This document shows positions 18,621 through 28,684 of a stretch of DNA of 64,000 nucleotides, piece after piece. A program made the position numbers and the translations under genes. This DNA comes from Acidobacteriota bacterium (GTDB taxonomy: Bacteria > Acidobacteriota > CAIWXX01): assembly GCA_040755995.1 (NCBI GenBank), contig JBFMAF010000015.1, positions 1 through 64,000 of the forward strand, read 5' to 3'. How positions within the stretch are numbered: the first letter of the stretch is position 1; every line of letters begins with the position of its first letter. The notes under the pieces are model-generated. The model was given only the letters and a program-made list of their open reading frames with translations. It ran no database searches and was not told the DNA's origin.

Positions 18621-20486
18621 ATGGAAGACATCGGACGCATCTTGAAGGGGAGCGAGATCTTCGCAGGGCTGGACGAGCCGGTGCTGGAACTGCTCGTCGC
18701 AGCGGCTGAACGGCAGGAAGTGTTCGCGGGCGCCTATCTGTTCCAGCAGGGCGCCCCGCGCGAATCGCTGTTTCTGATCGTCGAGGGGCAGATCGAGGTG
18801 CTTCGCGACCGGGGGGATGGGCCGGAGCAGCTGGTGATCATGGGCCCGGGCGAATCTCTCGGCGAGAGTGCATTCGTCTACGCCGGGCTCCACACTGCCT
18901 CGGCACGAGCGCTGTCGCGCTCGGTCGTCCTCGCGCTGCACAGAGAGGCCGTCGGGCGGGCTCTTTCGCGGGACGGGTCCGCGGCAATGGAGTTCATGAG
19001 TCACGCGGCGCTCGAGGTGATTCGCCGGCTCCAGTACGCCAGCACCGGCCCCGGCGGGCTCGACAAGGCTTACGGGGCCGGGTCTACGCGGCTGGAGCAC
19101 GATCTGCTCGGGGAGCGCGAGGTGCCAAGCGACGCACTCTACGGCGTGCAGACGCTGCGGGGGGTCGAGAACTTCCCGATGTCCGGCGTCCGTCTGTCGC
19201 ACTACCCCGTGTTCATCAGATCGCTGGCGATGGTCAAACAGGCGGCTGCTCGTGCAAACGTGAAGCTCGGGCTCCTCGGTCCGGTCATCGCCAATGCGAT
19301 CGATCGCGCCTGCCAGGAGATCATCGACGGCCACTGGCATGGGCACTTCGTGGTGGACATGGTGCAGGGTGGAGCCGGCACATCGACCAACATGAACGCA
19401 AACGAAGTGATCGCCAACCGCGCGCTCGAGCTACTAGGGCACAAGCGCGGCGACTATGCCCACTGCCATCCGAACAACCATGTCAACCTCTCGCAATCCA
19501 CGAACGACGTCTATCCGACGGCGATTCGCCTGGCCACGGTCATTTCCTTGCGCGCTCTGGTGGCGGCCCTAGAAAAGCTCCGGAACGAGCTCGCGGCGAA
19601 GGGCGATGAATTCAGGGACATCCTGAAGATGGGCCGCACGCAGCTCCAGGACGCCGTCCCTATGACCCTCGGTCAAGAGTTCACTGCCTATGCGGTTACG
19701 ACCGCGGAGGATATCGCACGCCTTCGTGAGACCGCGCGGCTTTTCCTGGAGATCAACCTCGGAGGCACGGCAATCGGGACCGGCATCAATGCCGATCCGA
19801 GATATCCGCAGGTCGTGGTCGAGGAGCTTCGTCGCGTAAGCCATCTTGATGTCACGCTGGCGGAGAACCTCGTCGAGGCCACGCCCGACACCGGAGCCTT
19901 CGTGATGTTCTCCGGTGTGCTGAAACGAGTGGCCGTGAAACTTTCGAAGATGTGCAATGATCTGCGCCTGCTTTCATCCGGCCCCCGGTGCGGGCTCAGC
20001 GAGATCAACCTGCCGCCGAGGCAGCCGGGGTCGAGCATCATGCCGGGCAAGGTCAACCCGGTGATCCCGGAGGTCGTCAACCAGGTCGCCTTCTACGTCG
20101 TGGGCAATGACCTGACGATAACGATGGCAGCCGAAGCCGGCCAGCTGCAGTTGAATGTCATGGAGCCCATCATCGCCTTCTGTCTCTTTGAATCGCTTCA
20201 GATGCTGACCGCAGCGATCAAGACGCTCACTGACCGCTGCATCCGCGGCATCACGGCGAATCGAGATCGCACACGAGAGATGGTGGAGCGATCGATAGGT
20301 ATCGTGACGGCGGTGGTGCCGGCGATCGGCTACGAGCGCGCCAGCGAGGTGGCGAAGGAGGCGCTGGCGAGCGGCCGGCCCGTGCGGGACATCATCATCG
20401 AGAAGGCATACCTCACCGCCTCCGAGCTCGACTACCTGCTCTCCCCCGAGGCCATGACGCGCCCGCGCCCGCTGCAGAAACCTTAG
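18621..20486 (+). CDS. aspA: Aspartate ammonia-lyase with an N-terminal cyclic-nucleotide-binding domain
   Basis: cNMP domain (LFQQG, GESLGE, HTASARA); RLEHDLLG, GGAGTSTNMN, GRTQLQDA, GSSIMPGKVNP. Confidence 0.9.
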   Translation: MEDIGRILKGSEIFAGLDEPVLELLVAAAERQEVFAGAYLFQQGAPRESLFLIVEGQIEVLRDRGDGPEQLVIMGPGESLGESAFVYAGLHTASARALSRSVVLALHREAVGRALSRDGSAAMEFMSHAALEVIRRLQYASTGPGGLDKAYGAGSTRLEHDLLGEREVPSDALYGVQTLRGVENFPMSGVRLSHYPVFIRSLAMVKQAAARANVKLGLLGPVIANAIDRACQEIIDGHWHGHFVVDMVQGGAGTSTNMNANEVIANRALELLGHKRGDYAHCHPNNHVNLSQSTNDVYPTAIRLATVISLRALVAALEKLRNELAAKGDEFRDILKMGRTQLQDAVPMTLGQEFTAYAVTTAEDIARLRETARLFLEINLGGTAIGTGINADPRYPQVVVEELRRVSHLDVTLAENLVEATPDTGAFVMFSGVLKRVAVKLSKMCNDLRLLSSGPRCGLSEINLPPRQPGSSIMPGKVNPVIPEVVNQVAFYVVGNDLTITMAAEAGQLQLNVMEPIIAFCLFESLQMLTAAIKTLTDRCIRGITANRDRTREMVERSIGIVTAVVPAIGYERASEVAKEALASGRPVRDIIIEKAYLTASELDYLLSPEAMTRPRPLQKP

Positions 20487-20554
20487 CGAGGCGCGGCCTC
20501 AAGTCTAGCGGGGCTGCATCGGCCGCGCCTCGCGTAGAGAGGAGAGAGTAGTGG
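20486..20554. repeat. Dispersed GC-rich inverted repeat (copy 2)
   Basis: GCGAGGCGCGGCC (20486-20498) / GGCCGCGCCTCGC (20521-20533), then GAGAG-rich units, as at 2521. Confidence 0.75.
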
Positions 20555-20562
20555 TAATCTAG

Positions 20563-20796
20563 GCAGCTGAGCTTGCGTTTCCGCCTCCCGGGACATGGAC
20601 TGATCCGGGCGGATGCGGGACCACAAACCAGCCGCCGGTCGCGAATTTCACTTTCTCGACCAGCGGTTTCACGGCGTCGTTCAACGCGAGCGGGAGCAGC
20701 GATCCGGACGGCAGCATCGCCAGCTACGCATGGAACTTCGGCGACAGCACGACCGGTGCAGGCGTGACCGCCTCGCACACGTGCGCATCAGCCTGA
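20563..20796 (+). pseudogene. Start-less PKD-domain fragment
   Basis: Manual translation NQPPVANFTFSTSGFTASFNASGSSDPDGSIASYAWNFGDSTTGAGVTASHT between in-frame stops; absent from the ORF track. Confidence 0.8.
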
Positions 20797-20919
20797 TTGG
20801 CGGCCAGCATGTGCATGCCCGGCGATCTCCAGGCCCGGGCCGCCGCCGGGTCTCACCGTCGCAATGGCAGGGGGCACCCTCCGGTACTCGTGTCCCCACG
20901 GTCCTGAGCTCCGTGCGGC

Positions 20920-20948
20920 TTGACGCCGCTGCATGACGCCACTACACT
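20920..20948 (+). promoter_or_regulatory. Sigma70 promoter of the two-component pair
   Basis: TTGACG-17-TACACT. Confidence 0.6.
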
Positions 20949-21019
20949 TGGAGCGCATCATCGGGGGCGCATGGACTGCTGGCCACGACGGCACGCGCTC
21001 CTGCTGGTTCGCTCTTCGG

Positions 21020-21832
21020 ATGAGACTCGTCTTCGCCGCTCTTATCGCGGCGCTGATCGGCACGCTGATCACCGGAACGGCTCTGGTCCTGCTTCTGGTG
21101 CGCCGCGAAGCGCGGGTCTCACGGCTCCAGGCTGATTTCGTCTCCAACGTCAGCCATGAGCTGCGCACGCCGCTAACTTCGATCAGCATGTTCGTCGAGA
21201 CCCTGCGAATGGGGCGGGCGAAGGACCCCGAGCAGGTCAGCCTGTGTCTCGACGCGCTCGCGCGCGAGACGGCGCGCCTGAGAGAAGAGATCGAGCGGCT
21301 TCTGGATTGGGGACGGATGCAGGCTGGGCGCAAGGTCTACGCACGGCGGCCCGAGCCGATGGGGCCGGTCGTGCAGGAAGCAGCCGACGCCATGCGACAG
21401 GCTCTGGATGCCCGCCGGCAGCAGCTCACCGTGCAGATCCCAGGACAACTGCCTGCGGCGTCGATCGACCGGCCGGCGATAGTCGGATCTCTCATCAATC
21501 TGCTCACTAACGCCTCGAAGTATAGCGAGGAGGGAATGCCGGTGGAGCTTGGCGCGGCGGCCAATTCGCACTCGGTTCGCATATGGGTGCGGGACAGGGG
21601 CATCGGGATTCCGCCGAGCGAGCATCGCAACGTCTTCAAGCAGTTCTACCGCGTCGAAGACCGGGCGTCTCGCGGGGTCGAGGGATCAGGACTGGGACTT
21701 GCTATCGTCCGGCACGTCGTTCGGGCGCACGAGGGCCACATCGAGCTCGAGTCGGAGCCTGGGCGCGGGAGCACGTTCACAATCGTGCTGCCGGCAATCG
21801 TCGCGCCGGCAGAGGGCCGGCAGGAGTCGTAG
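21020..21832 (+). CDS. Minimal sensor histidine kinase (short N-terminal hydrophobic segment, no extracytoplasmic domain)
   Basis: SHELRTPL, NLLTNA, DRGIG, GSGLGL; start set at MRLVFAAL downstream of the promoter. Confidence 0.85.
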   Translation: MRLVFAALIAALIGTLITGTALVLLLVRREARVSRLQADFVSNVSHELRTPLTSISMFVETLRMGRAKDPEQVSLCLDALARETARLREEIERLLDWGRMQAGRKVYARRPEPMGPVVQEAADAMRQALDARRQQLTVQIPGQLPAASIDRPAIVGSLINLLTNASKYSEEGMPVELGAAANSHSVRIWVRDRGIGIPPSEHRNVFKQFYRVEDRASRGVEGSGLGLAIVRHVVRAHEGHIELESEPGRGSTFTIVLPAIVAPAEGRQES

Positions 21833-21837
21833 GAATC

Positions 21838-22527
21838 GTGCCTGAAGGTGGCGTTGCCAGAGTGCTCGTAGTCGAGGACGACAGGTCCATCTTGCTCGGG
21901 CTGCGGATGAACCTGGAGGCGGAGGGCTATCACGTGGAGACCGCCGCCGACGGGGAGAGCGGCCTGAAGAGTGCCCGGTCGCACGACTTCGACCTGATCG
22001 TCCTGGACCTCATGCTTCCCAAGCTCGACGGATTCGAATTCGTCTGCACGCTGCGGGCCGAGCACAACACGACGCCCATACTGATCCTGAGCGCCCGCGG
22101 CTCGGAGCTCGACAAGATCATGGGACTCGACCTTGGCGCCGACGACTACCTGACGAAGCCGTTCTCGGTGGGTGAGCTTCTGGCACGAGTCCGCGCGATT
22201 GCGAGGCGGCGGGGACGGGCTGAGCCCACGGTCTGGCGCTTCGGGCAGGTCGAAATCGACCCTGGCACGCGGGAGGTGCGCAGGAAGGGGAGCCTCGTGA
22301 AGCTGACCTCGACCGAGTTCGACATCCTGGCTGCGCTCATCCGCGCAAACGGGCGAGTCGTTTCGCGCGACCGGTTGATGGCGATTCTGCGGGGGCCCGA
22401 GCACTACGGGACGCGCCGCACGATCGACAACTTCATCGTTCACCTCCGTTCGCTCTTGGAAGACGATCCCGGCTCGCCGCGCCACATCACAACGGTTCGC
22501 GGCGTCGGCTACAGGATCGTTCGTTAG
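21838..22527 (+). CDS. OmpR/PhoB-family response regulator
   Basis: VLVVEDD, LDLMLP, GADDYLTKPF, TVRGVGY; GTG start uncertain. Confidence 0.92.
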   Translation: MPEGGVARVLVVEDDRSILLGLRMNLEAEGYHVETAADGESGLKSARSHDFDLIVLDLMLPKLDGFEFVCTLRAEHNTTPILILSARGSELDKIMGLDLGADDYLTKPFSVGELLARVRAIARRRGRAEPTVWRFGQVEIDPGTREVRRKGSLVKLTSTEFDILAALIRANGRVVSRDRLMAILRGPEHYGTRRTIDNFIVHLRSLLEDDPGSPRHITTVRGVGYRIVR

Positions 22528-24089
22528 GTCGCGCGGGTTCGCCGCGTGGCCGAAGCGTTGTTGGATTGCGGTTTCCCGCGCAGCAGGAAGACGAACGGCA
22601 GCAGCATGGCGAAGATGATGGTGAGCATGTAGAACACGTCCACGAATGCGGACACATATGACTGTCGCATCAGCTCGCCGTTGAGGAGGCCGAGAGCGAG
22701 CCTCTTGACGCTGGCCGGATCGAGGCCGGCTCTCGGAAAGAGCCCGCGCTGGATCCGGGCGAGGCTCTGCTGGTAGATCGGGTCGAACGGTGTCAAGTGC
22801 TCCACGAGCCTGGACTGGTGATACTGCGCCCTTTCGGAGAGGAAAGTGGTCGAGAGTGCGATGCCCACCGATCCGCCCTCGTTCCTCAGGAGATTGAAAA
22901 GCCCGGTCGCATCGCCCATCTCTTCCGGCCGGATGCGCGCGTATGCTCCGGTAGCGATCGGCACGAAAAGGAATCCGAGGCCGAAGCCCTGGCAGAGCCT
23001 GGAGAGCATGACGTAGTTGAAGCCCACCTGCAGGTTGATACTCCACAGCAGCCAGAGCGCGAACACGTTCATCATGATGCCGACGAAGACGAGGAACCGC
23101 GTGTCGACCTTGCCGATGAGGTTTCCCACGAACATCAGTGCGAAGAGCGAGGCGAATCCGCCGGGCGACAGAACAAGCCCCGCCCAGGTTGCCGTGTAGC
23201 CGAGCAGGTGCTGTACAAACAGCGGCAGCATGACGAACGACCCGAAGAGACCGAAGCCCAGAAGGAACATCAGCATCGTGCCGCTGGCGAACTCGCGGTT
23301 CCGCATGATGCGCAGATTCACCAGCGGCCGCTCGGCGGTGAACGATCTCCAGATGAACAGCGCTATCCCGACGACGGCGCCTGTCGCGAAGAGCTTGATG
23401 AAGTTGCTCGAGAACCAGTCGTACCGCTCGCCGCGATTCAGCGTCACCTCCAGGCTCCCCAGCCCGAGCGCGATGAAGACGAAACTCGCGTAGTCCACGC
23501 GACCTTCGGGTCGCTTCATGTACTCCGGATCCCGGATGAACGCCCATCCCAGGCAGTAGGCCAGGATGCCTATCGGGATGTTGATGTAGAAGATCCACGG
23601 CCAGTTCCAGTTGTCGGTGATCCAGCCGCCAAGGGTCGGTCCGATGATCGGCCCGAAGATCACCCCGACGCCGAAGAGTGCCATGGCCTTGCCGCGCTCC
23701 TCCGGCGGGAACGACTCGAGCAGTATCGCCTGCGACATCGGCACCATGGCGCCGCCTGCGAGTCCCTGGATGACCCGCATCACGACGAGGAACCAGAGAG
23801 CCGGCGCGGCTCCGGAACCGAGCGAGGCGATGGTGAACGTGACTAGACAGAACATATAGAACCGCTTACGGCCGAAGTAATTCCCGAGCCAGCCGGTCAT
23901 CGGCAAGATGACGGCGTTGGCCACCAGGTAGCTCGTGATGACCCAGGTGATCTCGTCGATCCCTGCCGAGAAGGTGCCTTGCACGTGCGGCAGAGCCACG
24001 TTGGCCACCGACGTATCGATCACCTCCATCAGCGTTCCCAGCATGGCGGTGAGCGCGATAACGTACTTGTTGTCGGTGTTAACAGACAC
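22524..24089 (-). CDS. emrB: DHA2-family (EmrB/QacA) MFS efflux permease
   Basis: DTSVANVALP, WVITSYL, GPTLGG, WIFYINIPIG; many TM segments. Confidence 0.92.
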   Translation of the reverse strand: MSVNTDNKYVIALTAMLGTLMEVIDTSVANVALPHVQGTFSAGIDEITWVITSYLVANAVILPMTGWLGNYFGRKRFYMFCLVTFTIASLGSGAAPALWFLVVMRVIQGLAGGAMVPMSQAILLESFPPEERGKAMALFGVGVIFGPIIGPTLGGWITDNWNWPWIFYINIPIGILAYCLGWAFIRDPEYMKRPEGRVDYASFVFIALGLGSLEVTLNRGERYDWFSSNFIKLFATGAVVGIALFIWRSFTAERPLVNLRIMRNREFASGTMLMFLLGFGLFGSFVMLPLFVQHLLGYTATWAGLVLSPGGFASLFALMFVGNLIGKVDTRFLVFVGIMMNVFALWLLWSINLQVGFNYVMLSRLCQGFGLGFLFVPIATGAYARIRPEEMGDATGLFNLLRNEGGSVGIALSTTFLSERAQYHQSRLVEHLTPFDPIYQQSLARIQRGLFPRAGLDPASVKRLALGLLNGELMRQSYVSAFVDVFYMLTIIFAMLLPFVFLLRGKPQSNNASATRRTRAT

Positions 24090-24290
24090 GGCTCCGTCCC
24101 TCAGGGTTCTCCTGCAATCGGCGCGTACCCCGTCGTGAATCCGGCCCGTCCCGTCGCGCGCCGCCAGTCCGAGAGGATGTGAAGACAGATCGATCCCGCC
24201 GCGCGCTCGGCCCGGCGGAGCCGTCTCGAGCGAGGAGGGCGGCCGAAAACCACGACGGTGTCAAATCGGATCACCACACCCACACACCCG

Positions 24291-25292
24291 CTACCCGCTG
24301 GTTGTGTCGATCTCCACGGTTACTGATAGACCCAACCGCAGCCTGTGTTGGGGATCGCCGGCCGGGTCGACACGGATCCTTACGGGCACGCGCTGGACAA
24401 CCTTGACCCAGTTCCCGGCTGCGTTTTCCGGCGGGAGCAGTGAGAAGGCGGCACCGGTGCCGGCGGCAATGCTTTCGACGACCCCCGTGCAAACGCGATC
24501 CGGGTCGATGTCCGCCCGTATTGTGACGCGCTGTCCCGGCCGGACATTCTTGAGCTGAGTTTCCTTGAAATTCGCTTCGACCCAGAGTTCTTTGAGATCC
24601 AGCGGCACGACGGCGCACAAAGGCTGCCCCGGGGAGACGACCTGCCCCACCTCCGCGGACTTGCGGCTGATCAGGCCCGTGACCGGCGAGGAGATGGTGC
24701 AGTAGGACCTCTGGAGGCGGGCGGTTTCCAGCGTCGCGCGGGCCGCATCGGCCTTGGCGCGGCTCACCACAAGCCTCGCCCTCGCGGCGCTCACCGCCTT
24801 CTCGTTTGCGACGACCTGGGCCGCGGCAACGTCCAGCTGCGTTGCGACCTGATCCAGCTTCTGCTTCGCGATCGACTGTCGCTCATAGAGCGCTCCGATG
24901 CGCTCCTTCTCGATCCGTGCAAGATCGAGCTGGCTCTGGGCCGCCTTGACCTGGGCCTCGTACTGCGCGATCATGGCCCGATCCGTCGCGAGCGCGCTCT
25001 CCATCTCCGCCAGCGCCGCTTCAGCGCGGGCGATGGCCACGTCGTAGTCTCGCGGATCGATCGTCGCGATCGGATCGCCCTTGTTCACGGGCTGGTTATT
25101 TGTCACGCTCACGGTCAGGAGTGTGCCGGGAATCCGTGATGCAACGTAGAACACGGCGCCCTGCACGTAGGCGTTGTCGGTGCTGACGTGAATCTGGGCG
25201 TGGCGCCACCGCTCCCATCCGACTCCTCCCCCCGCGAGAACAAAGACCATGAGGACACCAAGAGCAATCCATTTCTTGAGACCCGCAACCAT
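24291..25292 (-). CDS. emrA: HlyD/EmrA membrane fusion protein
   Basis: STDNAYV, ANFKETQL, FSLLPPENAAGNWVKVVQRVPV. Confidence 0.92.
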   Translation of the reverse strand: MVAGLKKWIALGVLMVFVLAGGGVGWERWRHAQIHVSTDNAYVQGAVFYVASRIPGTLLTVSVTNNQPVNKGDPIATIDPRDYDVAIARAEAALAEMESALATDRAMIAQYEAQVKAAQSQLDLARIEKERIGALYERQSIAKQKLDQVATQLDVAAAQVVANEKAVSAARARLVVSRAKADAARATLETARLQRSYCTISSPVTGLISRKSAEVGQVVSPGQPLCAVVPLDLKELWVEANFKETQLKNVRPGQRVTIRADIDPDRVCTGVVESIAAGTGAAFSLLPPENAAGNWVKVVQRVPVRIRVDPAGDPQHRLRLGLSVTVEIDTTSG

Positions 25293-25293
25293 C

Positions 25294-26631
25294 TCAGTCC
25301 TCCTCCTGGTCCGTCGATGCCATCGCGAGATTCTGGTAGAAGCCGGACAAATTCTCGCCCATCAGTGCCAGAACGGCTCCCTGTTTCTGGTACGCCTTGT
25401 ACCGCTGGGCGGCGAGGGTGAAGCGGCTCTCGGCGAGCAACGACTCTGCGTCCAGCACATCCGTCGTCCGCACAATACCCTCCTTGTACTGGTCCTCCAG
25501 AATGCGGAGGTTCTCTCTGGAAGCGCCGACGTTTACGCGCGCCGTCTCGGTCTCCCTGAGCGCCTGCTCGTAGTCGCGGTACGCCTGCTCGAGCATGATC
25601 TCGACACCGCGCTTCGCGTCTTCCAGCAGACATCGCGTCTTCTCCGCCGCCAGGACGTCCTCTCTCACCTTGGACGAGCGGGCTCCGCCATCGTACACAT
25701 TCCAGGTCATCCCGTAGAAGAGCCCGGTCACGTGCGGGTACAAGAGATAGCGGTTCTGCTCGTACTGGTGGTACGCCTGAACTATGAAGCTGGGATAGAA
25801 GTCCTTCTTGTGGTACTGGAGCAGCTTCAGCTCGGCCGCCAGCTTGTCAGACAGCGCTTTCACTGTCGTATTGTTTTCGAGGGCCTTGGATGCGCAGGAG
25901 GCGGTGTCCCAGGGCAGTGACGGAGGCGGCACGAGCGAGGGTGGCAGAACAAGTGGGCTCGATGGAGACCGGCCCATCGATGCATTCAGGGTTCGGCGCG
26001 CAAGAGCAATCTTGTCATCGAGGTCGGCCGCCTGGTCCATCACGTTGCGCAAGGCGACTTCGGTCTGGAGCAGTTCGTTCCTGGCCACGACACCATGGTC
26101 GAACTGGTCCTGGACAACTCGCAGATGATCCTTTAGCGCAGCCACACGCTGGTCTACCACCGTGCGGCGAGAGGCGAGCGTGATTGCTTCCATGTATGCG
26201 ACAAGCGTGCGCATCTGTGCCTGCCGCACGCTGTCGGCACCCTGCGTGGTCACGGCGCTCTCGCGCGCCACGGAGGCGGCCGTGGCCGCCTTGCGGCGTC
26301 CCCAGTCCCATACGATCTCACGAACGTCGAAACGGTACCTCCAGAAAACCTGCTCTCCGGCCGGGAACTGCAGATCGCCGAAGACGAAGTAGGGATCGTT
26401 GTCGAGGTTGTAGTGGGCCACGTCCGCGTTGACAGTCGGGTAGTACAGAGCCCTGATCTGACGGGTCTCCTCGCGCGCCACCTGGCTGTCGAGATCGGCG
26501 ACCTGCGCCTGCAGCGATGTCGTGGCTGCTTCCTGCAGCGCGGCCGACAGGGACAGCGGCGCCGGCGGCTCCTCGGCCGAGGCCAGCGCCGCGCTGCACC
26601 AGACACCCCACACCAACATTCCAACCTTCAT
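25294..26631 (-). CDS. TolC-family outer-membrane efflux protein
   Basis: Signal peptide from MKVGML; repeated YYP/FYP motifs, helical coiled segments; operon with emrAB. Confidence 0.87.
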   Translation of the reverse strand: MKVGMLVWGVWCSAALASAEEPPAPLSLSAALQEAATTSLQAQVADLDSQVAREETRQIRALYYPTVNADVAHYNLDNDPYFVFGDLQFPAGEQVFWRYRFDVREIVWDWGRRKAATAASVARESAVTTQGADSVRQAQMRTLVAYMEAITLASRRTVVDQRVAALKDHLRVVQDQFDHGVVARNELLQTEVALRNVMDQAADLDDKIALARRTLNASMGRSPSSPLVLPPSLVPPPSLPWDTASCASKALENNTTVKALSDKLAAELKLLQYHKKDFYPSFIVQAYHQYEQNRYLLYPHVTGLFYGMTWNVYDGGARSSKVREDVLAAEKTRCLLEDAKRGVEIMLEQAYRDYEQALRETETARVNVGASRENLRILEDQYKEGIVRTTDVLDAESLLAESRFTLAAQRYKAYQKQGAVLALMGENLSGFYQNLAMASTDQEED

Positions 26632-27064
26632 GGCGTCACCCTCTGTTCCCAGCCCCGGAGGTCTCCAGAGGCGCAGGATCGATTTGAGCACCGCGACGGT
26701 CCGACATGCAGAACCGGGCGGTTGTCTGAGTTCCAAGCCTTCCATGCACCCTCGGGGCCCTGCCCATCGCGCCCGAATCCCGAATTATGTCCGACTCGCG
26801 CGCGGAAGACAACGTGCCTGCATGTTTGCATGTTTGCATCTTTGCGACGAGGACGACGAGGATGCGGGGGTTCGCTTTTCGGGCACAGTCGCGTGAATAC
26901 TACCACCGTAGTAAGGAAGCCGCCACCAGAGTGAATCCACGCCGCCGGCGGGCCGGCCCGGCGTGGCAGGAGTGCCGCAGTCAGGCGAGAGGCTTCCGGG
27001 CGCCGGCAATCCGTCGGTGGGAAACCACGGCGGCACGGCCGCCGGTGTCCGGAGGGCGCGCGAA

Positions 27065-28465
27065 CTACTTCCGGTCCGGCGGGAAGACGGTCCACGGGGT
27101 GGCGGGCAGATCCTTCAGGTAGCCGTCGAGATAGTCGTACTGAGTGTGCTTCTCGACGAATTGCTTCGCGTCAAACGAGATGTCGCACGAGTGGCCCCAC
27201 CTCGCCCAGATGCGCCACTGCTTCGCCATTTCAGAATCCACGACCTTGCCGTCATAGGCCCCCGAAGGAGAGTATGGCGGCCCGCTTCCCGGCACCATCC
27301 CGTCGTCCAGGTCTTCGTGTCCGCAAATCGTCCGGCTGGTTGGGATTTCCTTTTCCAGATAGATGTCGTAGTGGTCGGCCAGCATCCTCTTGGCGGCTTC
27401 GACGTCGATCTTGCCATAGTGCAGCTTCATGAGCTGCTTCCAGCGTTCGCGCCGCGCCACCGCGAAGCTCCTGGTGTCGTCGTACGGATGGTCCGTCTCG
27501 TCCACCCGGATCGCGATGTCATCGGTGACGTTCGAGCCCGTGAAGTAGCCGTCCCTTTTCTTCTCCACACTGTGATGCTTCAGGCCCAGTTCGAGCCTGG
27601 CGATCTCGCCGGTGCGGGTGTCGCCGATCAGCCACGAGTTGGCATACGCGCCGTTGTTCTTCTCGACCATGATCCGAATCCATTCGTCGATGCTTCCGGC
27701 GTACTGCATGGCCTTGCGGGATCGTTCGAAGACTGGTATCCCCGTCTCGTCGAAGCCGCTGAATCCGCTGATGGTCGTCTCAGTCCCCACCAACCCGGCG
27801 CCGGTGATGAAGAAGTCCGACGTGCTGTAGATCGACGGGCCCCAGGTCTGCATGAGCATCCGCTGGCCGTTCTGCGGGAGTATGTCCACGATGATGTTGC
27901 AGAACCTGCCATCGACGTAGGAGCTCCAGGTGTTGTGAGCCATCACGATCCTGCCCCCGGCCGTGGCGCTCCCCGTCGCGATAAAGGCGCTGCAGCCCAT
28001 CGCCGGCTTCGCCGGCTCCTTCTTCTGTTCCGGCCACCAGTACCCCATGAGGTCCGTCGAGCCGTTCAACAGCAGGATGTCCTCGTAGGTGGCCGGCTTG
28101 CCGGCCTTCGTCATGCCGGCCGCCATCCCCTTCATCTCCAGCACGTACTCGTCCGAGAGTGTCCCTTTGAACAGGCGCGTGGCGGCATCAAGGAAGAAGT
28201 CCCAGTCTTTGGCAGTGTCGAACTTAGTGACGTAGATCGTGGCCCGCTTGCACTCGTCGATCTCGGCTGCGGTCAGGTATCCGCGCTGGAACCCGATCTC
28301 GAACGGCTCGCCTTCGAGGTGCAGGAAGATCCAGCCGTTCTTCTCCACGCGGCTGGCTTTCTCGAGCCACCCCGCCTCCTGAGGCGTCAGGGTCTGCGCG
28401 GCCTGGGCGCCGAGGGCCGAAGCGAACAGGAATGCGCAAAAGCAGGTCAAGATTCTTCTACCCAT
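27065..28465 (-). CDS. Secreted Ntn-hydrolase (peptidase C45 / phospholipase B-like)
   Basis: Signal peptide, GCSAFIATG nucleophile, AHNTW, TETTI, NNGAYANSW. Confidence 0.8.
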   Translation of the reverse strand: MGRRILTCFCAFLFASALGAQAAQTLTPQEAGWLEKASRVEKNGWIFLHLEGEPFEIGFQRGYLTAAEIDECKRATIYVTKFDTAKDWDFFLDAATRLFKGTLSDEYVLEMKGMAAGMTKAGKPATYEDILLLNGSTDLMGYWWPEQKKEPAKPAMGCSAFIATGSATAGGRIVMAHNTWSSYVDGRFCNIIVDILPQNGQRMLMQTWGPSIYSTSDFFITGAGLVGTETTISGFSGFDETGIPVFERSRKAMQYAGSIDEWIRIMVEKNNGAYANSWLIGDTRTGEIARLELGLKHHSVEKKRDGYFTGSNVTDDIAIRVDETDHPYDDTRSFAVARRERWKQLMKLHYGKIDVEAAKRMLADHYDIYLEKEIPTSRTICGHEDLDDGMVPGSGPPYSPSGAYDGKVVDSEMAKQWRIWARWGHSCDISFDAKQFVEKHTQYDYLDGYLKDLPATPWTVFPPDRK

Positions 28466-28621
28466 GATCTCTCCTCTCGATTGGCTCCTAACGGCATCGT
28501 GACGCTTCTACACGGGCCCACGCACGCGGAGACGCATCGGATACAGCCATTGCCGGACGGGCCCGGGATTGTGCGGCGAAGGCGATTCTCCTCACAGCCA
28601 CAACCAGGCTCCAAAGCCATT

Positions 28622-28684
28622 GATCCAGCCGGTTGAGCTTGGCGAGGGTTATGACGGCCCCGAGTTGGAGACGACTGTCGGCAC
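28622..28684 (-). pseudogene. Frameshifted, truncated DUF3368-type PIN toxin N-terminus
   Basis: GTG abutting the antitoxin stop; VPTVVSNSGP, 1-nt shift, then ITLAKLNRLD. Confidence 0.65.

Noticed and set aside
26890..26975. Possible prepilin remnant on the minus strand (RRRRGFTLV)
   Set aside because: Glu+5 is absent, there is no start codon and a stop follows within 8 codons; could be chance
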